The notes under the pieces are model-generated. The model did not search any database. It saw only the letters and a program-made list of their open reading frames with translations, and was not told where the DNA came from. The position numbers and the translations under genes were made by a program. Shown piece after piece: positions 63,331 to 64,000 of a DNA stretch of 64,000 bases (position 1 is the stretch's first letter; each line of letters opens with the position of its first letter). The stretch comes from Tubiluchus corallicola (Eukaryota > Animalia > Priapulida), in contig JAQGDQ010000904.1 in NCBI GenBank assembly GCA_030141605.1, forward strand, positions 17,917 to 81,916, written 5' to 3'.

Positions 63331-64000
63331 TTTTCCTGCAAGCAAATTAATGTACTTAGTTATTTAGTTATTGTTCGCTTTATATAAGCCTTCATTGGGA
63401 CCCAAGGAAAGTGCTACACTTTCTACGCTAGTGGTAATTCCAGAACTTACCTCACGAAGAAACAGTATTGCAGAAAAATTAGACCAACTATGAGTAATTT
63501 TGTCTTTTGAAGCCTGCGATACCATAGCTAGTATAATGAACCAAGTGGGTATGGGGCTGCAATTTGGTCAGATTTTGACAATTGTTCATTGCTGTATTAT
63601 GGCTGTGAGCGCGAGCATTGTGTGACCGTTGCACAACAGTCAGCTTCCGACGCAAGTGTGTGGGCATTATTTATGTGTGTTGATCAGATTTCGACAGCAC
63701 AGACATTTCTGAAATTAACTTTGCGGATGTTGTATTATGCCCAGATTTCGGCCATCTTATAACAATGGTCAGACACTGATGTCCTTGAAGGTTATTTTTA
63801 GTTTGGAGGATGGATATCTAAAGCGTTACAGCTAACTTTCAAAAAAAATCAGCTGATTTACATTTTAAATGACTCGTTCTGACTGTCACACTTTTTTTAA
63901 TCTCAAAAATGTAATGTTATTGTAACTGAGAGAAAATTTCGGAGATAGTTAGGATGCTTTTGGTTCAACATGAAAAAATTGTAATAATTCATTCATTAGC

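Overview
AT-rich, intron-containing genomic DNA from an animal, most plausibly a marine bilaterian invertebrate; it is not prokaryotic and has no CRISPR, rRNA or intact tRNA that I can see. I assembled eight protein-coding genes by hand from GT-AG junctions. (1) Renalase (-, 7 exons, 927-15232). (2) A secreted, very acidic coiled-coil plus C-type lectin gene (+, 5 exons, 9085-12606) nested antisense in renalase intron 3. (3) An intronless FMRFamide/sex-peptide-receptor-like class A GPCR (+, 25054-26169). (4,5) Two tandem cyclophilin A paralogs (-, 33559-36974 and 39058-44197). (6) PAQR3 (+, 47978-56777). (7) TMEM249/CatSper-theta-like (-, 58174-58803). (8) A KCNMB/BK-beta-like subunit (-, 60819-62192). 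A recent A-B-A rearrangement (27930-29727) places an 811-bp copy of the cyclophilin 3' end between two 488-bp direct repeats. Introns and spacers hold many non-autonomous elements (TTAA Kolobok-like, MITEs, tRNA-SINEs, LINE 3' ends), microsatellites and hairpins. The best leads are the tandem pair of ion-channel auxiliary subunit genes, the nested acidic lectin, the A-B-A duplication and an unexplained GC-richer island at about 46 kb. Family assignments come from remembered motifs, not from database searches.
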